The notes below the pieces were generated by a model, which saw only the letters and a program-made list of their open reading frames with translations, made no database searches and was not told the origin of the DNA. Source: Proteromonas lacertae (lineage: Eukaryota). From it: a stretch of 58,525 nt of DNA. Positions 11,583-22,808 of the stretch are shown here, piece by piece. Where the stretch lies: assembly GCA_002245135.1 (NCBI GenBank), contig NGBS01001160.1, positions 806,001 to 864,525 of the forward strand, given 5' to 3'. The translations under genes and the position numbers were made by a program. How positions within the stretch are numbered: the stretch's first letter is position 1; every line of letters starts with the position of its first letter.

Positions 11583-13904
11583 ATGCAGTCAAATAGCATT
11601 AATGAGTCAGATGAGTATGAAAAACTAATTAACAGTTTGTCAAAAGCTGAAGTGTATGAATTTTATATTTTTATATTAGGTATTTTAAGTCAAAAATTAA
11701 AGAACTAAAAGCAGGGAAGCTAAATGATGAAGTATTCCATATATAAATATTTTTGTAGCTCAAAACATTACTAAAAAATCCAATACCACCAGAATTCACA
11801 TATCTTAATTCCATAATTTCACCTCCAGAAACATTTGAAGTTGATGAAATAGTAACAAACGTTCAACCAAATACAATTACAAATACAAAATCTAATAAAC
11901 AAAATAAACAAACTAAATCAAATAAAACTACTAAATCTTCTTCGAAAAATAAACCAGCGGATTTAGATAGAATAACACAATTAGCATCATCAATATTATC
12001 GAATAAGAACAATACAAATAGCAATAAAACAAAATCACAATCACCATCTCTACCTTCACCACCAATCACACTTCCTACACAAACTATAAAACCTGAGCCA
12101 ATAGAAAATCAAATAGAGCCATCCATTCCAATACCTTCTCTAAATGATCCAATGATTTTAGATTTTGACACAAATGAAGAAGTAATAGAGTTACCTGAAG
12201 ATGATATTGAAATAAATTTAAGCAAAAAGACTAATGAAAATGAAAATGAAAAAGATAAAGATAAAGATAAAACTGAAAATGAGAATAAAAATGTGAATAT
12301 TAAAGAAGAAAAGAAAGTGGAAGAAACAAAAGTTGAGGAAAAAGTAAAAGAAGTAAATGAAAAAGATGTAAAACCACAAAAAATTACAAATGAAAAACCT
12401 CAAAAGAAAGTTGAACCAATAAAAGAAGAAGAAATAATCATTAAGAAGGAAGAAGAAAAAGAGGAAGAAGAGAAAAAACAAGATAAAGATAAAGAAAAAG
12501 AAAATAAGAAAAAGTCAAATAAAAAAATAGAAGTAAAAACAGAAGAAGAAGGAGATACAGATAATGAAGAGGAAGAAGAAACAGAAGAAGCAACAATCAA
12601 AGCGATGGAATCAAAACCTAATCTACTACTTCAATTAGAACCACCATCTTCATCATCCACATTCAAACTACCAGAAGATTGTTTGGTAAAAGAAGAACAA
12701 ACTGAGAAAAATAGTTCAAATACAAATAATGAAAATAATAGTGAAAATATAAATGTAAAGAATGAAGATTCTAATATTAATAACACAAGTGAAGTAAATT
12801 CAGATAATTCTTCAAATGTATCAATAAAACCATTGAAAATCAATAAAAGTGATATGGAAAGTGATTCAAGTGAAGTAATAAAACATCCTACACCACAAAC
12901 TCGTAAGAAATCCCATAGAAACAATACAAATGATGATGATGCAGATTATAAATCCTCTAGACGTAAAAGATCACATCGATCAGCATTTACAGCAGTTGGT
13001 TCTGATGAAACTGGAATTGAAACTCCACGAACAAGTAAAAGGATAAGACATGCTGTAAAATATGAAGATGAAGATGAGGATGATTCAGATGATGATATTA
13101 AACCACAAAGAAGGGTAACAAGGAATCACAATACAACTAATTTAAAAATGGAAGAGTTTTTGGAATATGAGAAATCAGATGATGATTTACTTGGTATATT
13201 AAATAATAGTAGTGGTAATGGAGGTGGTGTAGTAACTAGATCTAGAAATAGAAGTGGTAGTAGCAGAAGTAAAAAGAAAGAAGAGAATAATAGTAATTCA
13301 AATAATAATAATAATAATAACAATGGAAATGAATCTACAGAACCAAGAAGAGTAACTCGTTCAGTAACAAAACAAGAACAAGCGAATAATAAAGAAAGAG
13401 AGAAAATGTCATTTGATGATTTCTTGAAGTCTATAAAGGAATATCCTGATTTAGATGATTTTATGGAATATGTATATATATATATTGTTTTATTTTTATT
13501 AATAGAATGAGGAAGAAAAATCTGAAGATTATTTTGATGTAGTGAAACAACCAATATGTTTTAGTGAAATTCAAGCTAATATTGATAGTGGATCTGTCAC
13601 TTCTATTCAGAAATTGTATGATTTGTTGCTGTTGATGTGTAAAAATGCAATGACTTTTTTCAAAAGGAATAATCCAAAATACTTGTCTTCTAGAAAGTTT
13701 AAATCTTATATAACAACACAGTATAATGCTTCTATGGAATTAGATGAGTATAATTGTATTTTTTAATATTTTAATAGTGAATTTGAAGATGATCGATATG
13801 ATGATAAAGATAGCGATGATGAAAGTGTTCATTCTTCTAAAAAGCGAAAGGCAAATTCGTCAAGAAAAGCAAAAAAACAAAAGAGAAATAGAGATGATGA
13901 TTAA
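11583..13904 (+). CDS. Bromodomain protein with long disordered charged region (BRD8-like layout)
   Basis: C-terminal 'DYFDVVKQPICFSEIQANI..DLLLLMCKNAMTFF' bromodomain pattern. Short introns near both ends. Confidence 0.7.
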
Positions 13905-14136
13905 TTTGAAAGTAATTCTTTAGAATGATTTATTTTGTATGTATTGTATTAATAGTTTTGATGTGGTGTTTTACTAATATGATATTATTATTTCAAAATG
14001 TAATCACATTCCATTCGAAAAATGATGTTTAATATTCAAAATGCACAAATCAAATGCTTGACTTGAAATGCAATCTTTTGCATCAACGATTTAGCTGAAA
14101 GGTATTTATATTTCTTCATAATTATATCACTGAAAT

Positions 14137-14293
14137 GATTAGTCTAAGAAGCATAACCTATATTTGAATGGATTATGAATTCCATTGCTAATCTATAAAA
14201 CATCTGTGTAAAAGCAGACTGGCCAGACAACCAGGTCCACTTCCACGTTATAATATCTAATGGCTTTTATTATAGCACTAACAATGGACACCA
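14137..14293 (+). ncRNA. H/ACA snoRNA, snR83/SNORA4-like 3' pocket
   Basis: Hairpin GATTAG..CTAATC, H box ATAAAA at 14195, and 3' hairpin GTCCA..TGGAC. Pocket TCCAC/ACTAA is complementary to 18S UUAGU-(U)G-GUGGA. Confidence 0.6.
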
Positions 14294-14370
14294 TGTTTAT
14301 ATTTTTTATAGATTTAAAGAAAAAAGAATGACTTAAATGGTATATATATATCAACAGTTGCGAAAGATAC

Positions 14371-14511
14371 TGGCTTATTCGAAGCACATTATGAGTATAT
14401 AAGTATCATAGTGTGTCAAAATTAAGCCAAGATATACTTTCAACTCTTAAGGTCGCTTTATTCTGTTATTTTTCAGTCTCTATACAAGCATTACCCAGAG
14501 GTGAAACATTA
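14371..14511 (+). ncRNA. H/ACA snoRNA, snR46/SNORA16-like
   Basis: Hairpin TGGCTTA..TAAGCCA. Pocket TCGAAG/TCAAAA is complementary to LSU UUUUGA-(U)N-CUUCGA (yeast Psi2865). Second hairpin, then ACA at 14506-14508. Confidence 0.8.
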
Positions 14512-14625
14512 TTCTCATTTCTATATAGATTTGATGAAGATATTTAATTCAGTGTGAAGATTGATAAAGGTATATATTCACTTTTATTCTTACTACTTAC
14601 TACTTATTGATTTTGTTTACTAATT

Positions 14626-14758
14626 GCTGTTTTAGGCGTTGCCAGTTATTCCTTTGTAGAATATCAGGTGTCAGAGACAGCATATAGTGAATTTATCACT
14701 GTTCGTTTACTCTTATAGTGCTTATTTACATACTAATAAGTAGAAATTGTGATATATA
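14626..14758 (+). ncRNA. H/ACA-like snoRNA
   Basis: Hairpin GCTGTTT..AGACAGC. Pocket AGGCGTT/GTCA is complementary to LSU UGAC-(U)G-AACGCCU. Hinge ATATAG, second hairpin TATCAC..GTGATA. Confidence 0.55.
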
Positions 14759-14880
14759 TTGAATAGATAAGAATAACGTAATGTTCGTGAAGATTGTGAA
14801 AATGATTATGAGAATTAAAGGTATTAATATATTATTCAATTCTTTTTCACTCAAATCTCTTTCTCTTTTTTAATTGTTAA

Positions 14881-14954
14881 TATGTAATGATGATATCACA
14901 CATTAATAGGAAGAGCTGTCTGATTTATTTGATGATTATGATATCTGAATATAT
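14881..14954 (+). ncRNA. SNORD49: Box C/D snoRNA U49 homolog
   Basis: Box C ATGATGA at 14887, guide TAATAGGAAGAGCTG, D' CTGA at 14920, C' TTGATGA, D CTGA at 14945. The guide is antisense to LSU CGGCUCUUCCUAU, and the +5 rule points to the C equivalent to yeast 25S C2879. Confidence 0.88.
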
Positions 14955-14965
14955 TTATATGCACA

Positions 14966-15095
14966 TATATGCCTAACGTGTTCCTATATAGTTTAATAAT
15001 TATATGGGGTCAAAATTAGGCTATATAGTTGAATATTTTTGTCTGACCATATTAATATTATTGAATGTTGATATTGTCCTGAAATATCCATATAT
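14966..15095 (+). ncRNA. H/ACA snoRNA, snR35/SNORA13-like
   Basis: Hairpin GCCTAA..TTAGGC. Pocket CGTGTT (14977)/GTCAAA (15009) is complementary to 18S UUUGAC-(U)C-AACACG, the m1acp3Psi site. Second hairpin has pocket CTGAC/TGTC. Terminal ATA. Confidence 0.8.
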
Positions 15096-15186
15096 TTTAT
15101 GAATTTGTTATTTATTATTTATAGATTTATGATTGTAATTGTGATGAATAGATGAAAATACAAAGAATTTTACTATTAATTATTAA

Positions 15187-15656
15187 TTATTGTGAAAAAT
15201 GTGTTTTGAGGTGTGGAATTAAAAATTTCATAACATTCATAACTGCTTCATCTGAATTTTCTATATTATAACTCACTATAATCAATTTATTATATTTTTG
15301 TGATAAAATCTCAGTTAATTTCTTTGAACACTCCGATGTTTTACCTATTTCACATAATTATTAAATTAACAATACCTGCTATTAATGATGTACAACTTGG
15401 ATAAGCATCAAAAGGTGTTTTAACTCCCATTGTTAAATTACCCAATTCTGGAGAGCCTGGATATCCAACCCAAATATATAATGCTTTCTATAATTAATAA
15501 CAAATATAATACTGGGAGAAGCACTTCCTGTATTGAAAATATGAAATCCTCCTTCTTCACAATAGCAGAATGTGTAAAAATATCTGATGTTAATGGTGGC
15601 GGAGTTTGTGTTGGTAATTTTTTATCATCAGCTATAACTGGAGCAGAATCAGCCAT
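15187..15656 (-). CDS. PSMG4: Proteasome assembly chaperone 4
   Basis: The spliced product reads ..ALYIWVG..ELGNLTMGVKTPFDAYPSCTSLIAG..KKLTEILSQKYNKLIIVSYNI, matching the PAC4 pattern. Two introns. Confidence 0.8.
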
Positions 15657-15790
15657 TTTTAATATTGTTCCAAAAATATATTCGTTTTTTATTTAAAAAA
15701 AACTCAATTATTGAATGAAATATACATTTTATCATCATATTAACACCATAAAAGCAAATATCAATACATATAAAAGTATATTTATATACT

Positions 15791-18210
15791 TTAAAAGTCT
15801 TTCACCCAATCAGTTATAATATCTTCAGTTGGATTTTCCATTGGCTTTCCATCATCAATATAATCAAAATATGACAAATCTCTGTTGTTAAGTAAACATA
15901 GATTATAAGGACTTTTGAATGTTTGATTAGCAATGGCATTCCAGTCAGTTCCTTCAAAAAATGGATGTCTTTGAATCTCAGCTACGGATACCAATCTCTA
16001 TTCCAATAAAATAATAAACAAATATAACATACAGTATGAGAATTTGGATCTAAAATCTGAATCAAAATATCTCTTAATTCTTCAGGGAAATAAACAGGAA
16101 AAACAACATCAGGATATGTTTCAATATATTGTTTCTGCTTCAATCTAATCTGTTCAGCACTTCCTTCTCTATTTGCAAAAATATTATAACCACTAAACAT
16201 TTCATATAACAAAACACCAAAACTCCAATAATCAGCTTTGTAATTATATCCTTTATTCAATAATAACTCTGGACTACAATATTCATAAGTACCACACAGT
16301 GAATATGTTTTATTTTTCACTACTTTTGACAAACCAAAATCACCTAATTTAATATAACCTCTTTGTGTGACAAAGATATTCTCTGGTTTTATATCTCTGT
16401 GAATAATGTCCATAGAATGAATATAATTCAATGCCATTAATAATATTGAAGCATATAACTATTGAATATGAATAATAAAACTTAATAATAAATACTTTAA
16501 CAATTTCTATCTTTAATACATATTGAGCTTTACCATGTTCAATAACTTTCTGTGTAATTGAGAATTTTGAAGCATCTTCTTTACCTCCATAAATACGAAA
16601 TAATACTGAAAATAAATCACATCCATGACAGAATTCTAATACATAATATAAATTTATATCATCTTTGTAATAATCTAATAAGTTAATAATAAATGGATGA
16701 TGTAATTCACTCAATATTTTCTTCTCATGTAAAATATGTTTCACATTATTGGTCATTGCTACTAATTTTATATTCATTTCTTTTACTGCATATATTTTTC
16801 CATTATATTTATCATAACTCATATAAACTCTACTGTATTTACCTGCACCAATAGCTTTGACTTTAATCAAATCATGAATTTTATTCTCTTTTCTTTTATT
16901 ATAATATTTATATAAAGTAGGAAGTAGATGTTGACCAAATTGGATAATTATTTGAATTGGAATTAATAGAATTGTCGTTGTATCAACTATAACAATAATA
17001 ATATATAATATATAAAATACTTGAAAAACTACTGTATTTATGTGGATCTGTAGTAAAAACCATATCTTCACTGAAAAAATCACCAACATACAAATCATAC
17101 ACTAATTCATTCTTCTCACTATAACATCTCACATTTCCACTTAATATAACATATAAATAGAAACTATAAAAACCATGTTCAAATATAATTTCTTTAGGAG
17201 AATACATAGCAACATTACTATTTTGTATAATCTTCAACAGTTGAACAGGAGGTATATGTTCTATATAATATAATATAATTAATTAAATACTGAATAATGA
17301 AAATGATTCTAATACTCTGTACAGCGTAGCATAATGTAATGACTGTAAATGAGGCATTACTAAATGATTGGTTATTTCTTCATCATAATAAACAGTATTT
17401 TCATCCATTGGGATTAATAATTTATAACCATCAGTTTTACCTGCTTTTTCATCAAATATAACAGATGTATCAGTTAGACCAATATAGTTTGACTTTATCT
17501 CTTTATTGATATTGCTTTTCTCATATTTTATTATAGGCAAATACTTACTATTTTTATACTCACATATTGGTATAATGGTGAAATTTGATGTTCCTTTCAT
17601 TTTGTATTTCTTCAATACTTCTTTATCTATCTGTGGATAAAGTTCCTTTAATGAATATCCATATAGTATTAATATCAGATTATAGATAGATAGATTAACT
17701 ACATAGGTTACCATCTCTGGAACTATTTGAATTGTCTGATTATAAGAGAATTGTGATGAGCCTTTTGTGAAAATAAATAAAATATCTGGTAATGGATTGA
17801 TAATTATGGTTTTATCAGTTTTAAGTTTTAAACATGTAGCTGCTAGTAGTTTTATCATATCTTCCTTACACTTTGAAAATATTGGTCTATTAATATAATA
17901 GAAGGATATATCATACATTACAGATAATAGTTGATATAATGATTCCTTATCTTTCTTTTCAATTGCAGAAACATAGAAAGAAAACGGATAAATAGGAAAT
18001 GTATCTGATTTTAAGTCTTCATGTTCATCACATAATTCATCTATAATATGATCAGCTAAAATAAAAATAAACACTATTACAATACGATCGAATTTAACAG
18101 GTATTGCGGTCTTTGTCTATAAAAGCAAAAATAGAGCATAATATGTAAAGAATTAATATGTATATCTATACATTATCTTTCGGCTTTGATTTATTTTTGC
18201 TAGTTTTCAT
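15791..18210 (-). CDS. AGC Ser/Thr kinase with N-terminal cyclic-nucleotide-binding-like domain (PKG/PKA-like)
   Basis: [41 protein letters not shown] and an AGC tail. Upstream cNMP-like '[26 protein letters not shown]'. Confidence 0.85.
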
Positions 18211-18271
18211 TTTTCAATTCAAACCATCATTCAAGCTGTACTATTTGTGTATTTTCAGAATATCACAAATT

Positions 18272-19932
18272 ATGGAGATAAAAGGACTAACTGTTGTTAG
18301 AACTGTATCAAATGGACCATTTTATGACATATGGCAAGGCAAGAAAACTGGTTCAGAGGACATGTTTGCTGTTGTTGTAATACCTTTGCATAAGTTTAAC
18401 TCTATTGAAAAAGGAGATATTACAAATAAGGTATATTTTGTTGTATTATTTTTAGATAAGAGAAATAGAGAATAAAGTATTTCTTCAAACCTTTCAAGTA
18501 AAGTCAGTTGCAATAGATCAAAAATGCTTAATAATAACAACTACTTATGATAAATCAGCCATAAATCTAAGTAGTTTCATAAATTCAAGAAAAAAAGGTT
18601 TGAAGTATGATTATATACTTTCAGAGGTATATATTTTCCTTATTATTATTATAGCAAGTATTGTTGTGGTGTCAAAATATCGCAGATGCATTAGAGTCAA
18701 TTCATACAGCAAAATACTTTTATTATTGTTTATCATCTCAATCAATATCAATAAGTTCAAATACAACTCGTTTATTCCCTCCGTTCCTCAGTTTCCCTGC
18801 AATTAATGAGAAATATAGCAAAATATCATCTCCAATTACTACATTATATTCATCACCAGAAGTATTAAGATGTGAACAGAAATATACGAAATATAATGAT
18901 TATTGGTCATTTGGAGTAATATTATATGAATTATGTTATGGGAAATTACCTTTTAATAATTATTTTGATATTATTAACTATACACTAGGAAAATATATAC
19001 CAAAAGAATTTGATAATGTGAATGATAAAGAAGAGAAAATATACAATGAACAAGTTGAAACAATATTCAAATTATTATTAAGTGTTGATATGAAAAAGAG
19101 AGAGAAAGGTATTTTGGCCATTAGAAAGTATGATTCAATATCACCATCAGAGGTGAGAGAGTTATTAATGAGTAGTTATAACAATGACACAATTTCATCA
19201 AAGATTATTAGCGATAATGCAAAGAGTAATATTCCTGCAATACCAACAGCTCCTTCATTATTTGGACCTCCTAGTAGTTTAGATGAATTATTACCTGTTG
19301 CATGTATAATATATATATATATATATATTATAATGTTTATTTATTTTAATAGTTGAAAGACCTACAAAGACTTCCATTGAAGTGATTAATTCCACAGTTA
19401 TTATCAAGTATATAGTTATTTTTTTAATCATAATTTTGTTTTATAGATACAACTCCAGTTGGAACAGGTGTTTATTATTTAGCTTTTACATACCAATTAT
19501 TAGAGTTTATTGATAAAGTTTATATGATTTCATTTGATGGTAAAATGATAGGTGGATTAGATATTTCAATAATTCCACAGATTTTAGACTTTCATGGAAA
19601 TGCTATTGTATTATTTTATTATTATTATGTTTTGTATATAGCAAATGGATGATTTAGAGGATATTACACACTATGCTGGTCAGTGTGGGAAGATTTTGTT
19701 TCATATTAGAAAATTAACTGAAATAAGTGAACCAATTAATAAGTGTATGAAATTAATGATGTATTTTTATTTAATATATAGCTGTTAAGATTAGTTTTAA
19801 GTGGTATAATCAATATGTTGAAAGTGATTATGGTATTCAACATGATAATGAAATTATTTTTGATTTTAAAGTATGAAATATCTTTCATATTATCAGCAAC
19901 GATGCTTAAATACTTGGAAACTGAGAAAATAG
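18272..19932 (+). CDS. Divergent kinase-like (probable pseudokinase) protein; 3' end uncertain
   Basis: YSSPEVL and DYWSFGVILYELCYGKLPF are present, but no HRD or DFG. Many short introns. Confidence 0.6.
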
Positions 19933-20142
19933 ATTTCAATTTAGTTACTTGTGACTCATAGATCTGTCATTTTGATGTGTTATTAGTATAATGGGATATA
20001 ATACTTTCGTGAATATTATTAAAATGTTTATGTTATTGTTATATCTGTTTCAAAAATATATCCGTTTCAATTATATTTTCTCGATTTTTGAAGTTATAAG
20101 AAGTTGTAATATGATATGAACATTAAAAAAATAACTTATTAC

Positions 20143-22680
20143 TTAAAAAGATCTTTGAATTAAAAACTTCTTCCTAACTGCGTTTGTATATCCTTCTTGA
20201 TAGATATACACAAATCTCTTCTTCTTTGTTGGTGATAATGGATTAATTTCACTCTCAGCTTTTCTCTTCTTCCTAATTCCTTCTTCTACTTTCATTACAG
20301 ATATATTCTTAGATTGATTAAACATCAAATTACTACTTTCATTTACATTATTCTCTAAATTATTCTTTAACTCAATCAATAACTGTTGAGAAAGTACTTT
20401 TCTTTGACTATTTCCATAACAACCAAATGAATCAATTGATGGGTTTAAACAATAATTATCATTATGAATAACAACAGTAATATTATAACTATGCAACAAC
20501 TCTTTAATTCTATTAAATTCTGCTAATTCTGATTGGTTATAAGACACTTTTGGAACACTTCTTATTGTATTGTGAAGAATGTATTTAGTGAATGGAATAT
20601 AATCCATTGATGCGACAGTCTTACACCTTTCATCTATACCTAATAATGAACGATTGTTACAATATAAATGTAAATCTGATTTAAGCATATTTGTTTTATC
20701 ATTCTTCTATATAAATACATAATAATAACAATACTTTATCATAATTATCCATTTTTTGATTTGATTTAAATATCTTATGTAATCTCACAATAGAATATGG
20801 AAAATATCCCATTACTGAATAATCTTGTGTCTTTGATATATAATTTGTTAATTCATTCATATAATTAATCTCCATTATACCTGCAAATGTCTTTTTCATA
20901 GTTGGATCTGAGAAGAATTTTGATAAATAACTATTATGTATTACATTCACTAATCTTCGTGGATCTAAATCGTAGAATTTACTGATTATATAATCACTAT
21001 TGTCATTCAAAAAATCTATTTTAAAAAGAAATATATATAAACTAAACAATATATTATATACTATTTTCATGTTTTCTTTCTAGTTTAAATATTCTATTTA
21101 TATAATCATAAAATCCAATAGTTTCATCTTTATTACCAATATTTATATTCCTTATCATATCTTTAGTAATGGTTTTATTGAATTGACTGAGGAATTGTAA
21201 TGTATTTAAACAACTTCTAATATCTCCATTGTTCTGTTTAATCAATTCTCCAATTGTTTCAATTCCTATTCTTATATCTTCTTTATAACAAATATCTGAT
21301 ATCCTTTTACTTAATAATGATTGGTCAATGGGTGGAATATTGTAGACGAAGGAGGATTTTCGCAATTCAATTAATGCTGGAACATACTATTAAAATATAA
21401 TTTATGATAATAAATGTTATTATTATTATACTGGATCATTACAAACACATATAATAGGTCTTTTCATCTTAATACCTTCTATTTAATAATAATTATAATA
21501 TATAATATATATACTGATTTTCCCTTCACTTAGTTTTATTATCTGACTAATCACATGATTATTTTCACTATTCAACACTCCATCTATTTCATCTAATAAT
21601 ATCAAATTAGGTTTTGCTTTAATATTACTATTCTCACTTTCATTATTATTATTAAATCCAATTGCTTCATTCTGCATTGCACTGATTATTTCATTCCATA
21701 ATCCTTCACCACTTCTATTATCACTTGCATTAATTTCTATTACATTATAACCACAATGATTGGCTAATATATTAATTAGAGTCGTTTTACCTATGCCAGG
21801 TGAACCTGATAATAATAATAATGGATGCTGTGGTTTACCTTCTTTAGTAGGAGCTTCACTATAATTGTATTTAAATGGACAATTGTTGGCTGTATGACCT
21901 TTTTGATTGCAATAATAACACTTATAATTTGAATATTTACTATTATTTTCAGTTGTTGTTGAAGATTGCTGTTGTTTTATTAGTGATTTTATTGGTGAAT
22001 TCTCTTTTTTGGATTTTCCCTTCTTCGATGTTGATCTTGTGGGTGATGAGAATAATGAATTTGTTTCAGTTTTTGGTAATTTATGAAATACACATCCATC
22101 CCACTGTTTTAACCATTGTAAGATTATTCTATTACCTTTTGCCTCTGATATTAATTCTGTAAAACATGTTGGCTGATATTTATTTGCCCATAATTCATGA
22201 CTCTTCTGTTGTTTCTTGGATTGTGTAGAATCTGGTTGTTTCTTTTGTAGCTCTTCTCTTTCAGCAATATTTATTTCAGTCTTATGCAACATTTTATCCA
22301 TTTCTTCTGTTGAATATCTAAAGTATGACTTTCTTCTTGATATTTCTTCAACTTGTTTCTTATTCTCTTTCATATAATATACACCACACTATAAATGTAT
22401 AATAAATTATAAATACATCTGGGATGTGAATTGAACATGTTTTTTCAGCAAATGCTGGACTTAATGATAAAAATCGCTTTACGGTTTTGGGACTAACATT
22501 AATCACTGTTAATTCACTTTTTTCTTCAACCACAGGTTTATCTGATTTTGGCGCCTTTTCAGGTTTGGTATTTGCTAAGAAGAATAATAAAGTAAATATA
22601 CAATCTTCTAACTCTCTGAGTATTGATAGCTCTTCATCAATATTACCTTCTAATTCTGCTTCATAGTCCTCATAATCCAT
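20143..22680 (-). CDS. CTF18: Chromosome transmission fidelity protein 18 (RFC-like clamp loader subunit)
   Basis: LWANKYQP..F.ELI..NRIILQWLKQWD, GSPGIGKTT, EINASDNRS, LDEIDG, RPIICVCND, GDIRSCLNTLQF, and C-terminal YQEGYTNAVRK. Confidence 0.93.
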
Positions 22681-22808
22681 TTTGAAACAAAAATAGGTTT
22701 GCTGATAACTTGATTCTGGTTTTTTAAAATTTAAAAATATGAATGATCAGCTGTATCAAATTTGTTATTTCTATATCTTGTAGTAACAATATAAGAATAA
22801 TATCAAGT

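Larger units (their letters stand above)
14040..15170 (+). ncRNA. Non-coding snoRNA host transcript with four long introns (ends approximate)
   Basis: GT..AG introns at 14102-14311, 14340-14528, 14570-14766 and 14821-15124. They are separated by 28, 41 and 54 nt stop-rich exons, and each holds snoRNA-like structure. Confidence 0.75.

Noticed and set aside
14022..14098. ATGATG..CTGA pair resembling a C/D snoRNA
   Set aside because: Imperfect box C and no recognisable guide. It more likely belongs to exon 1 of the host transcript.
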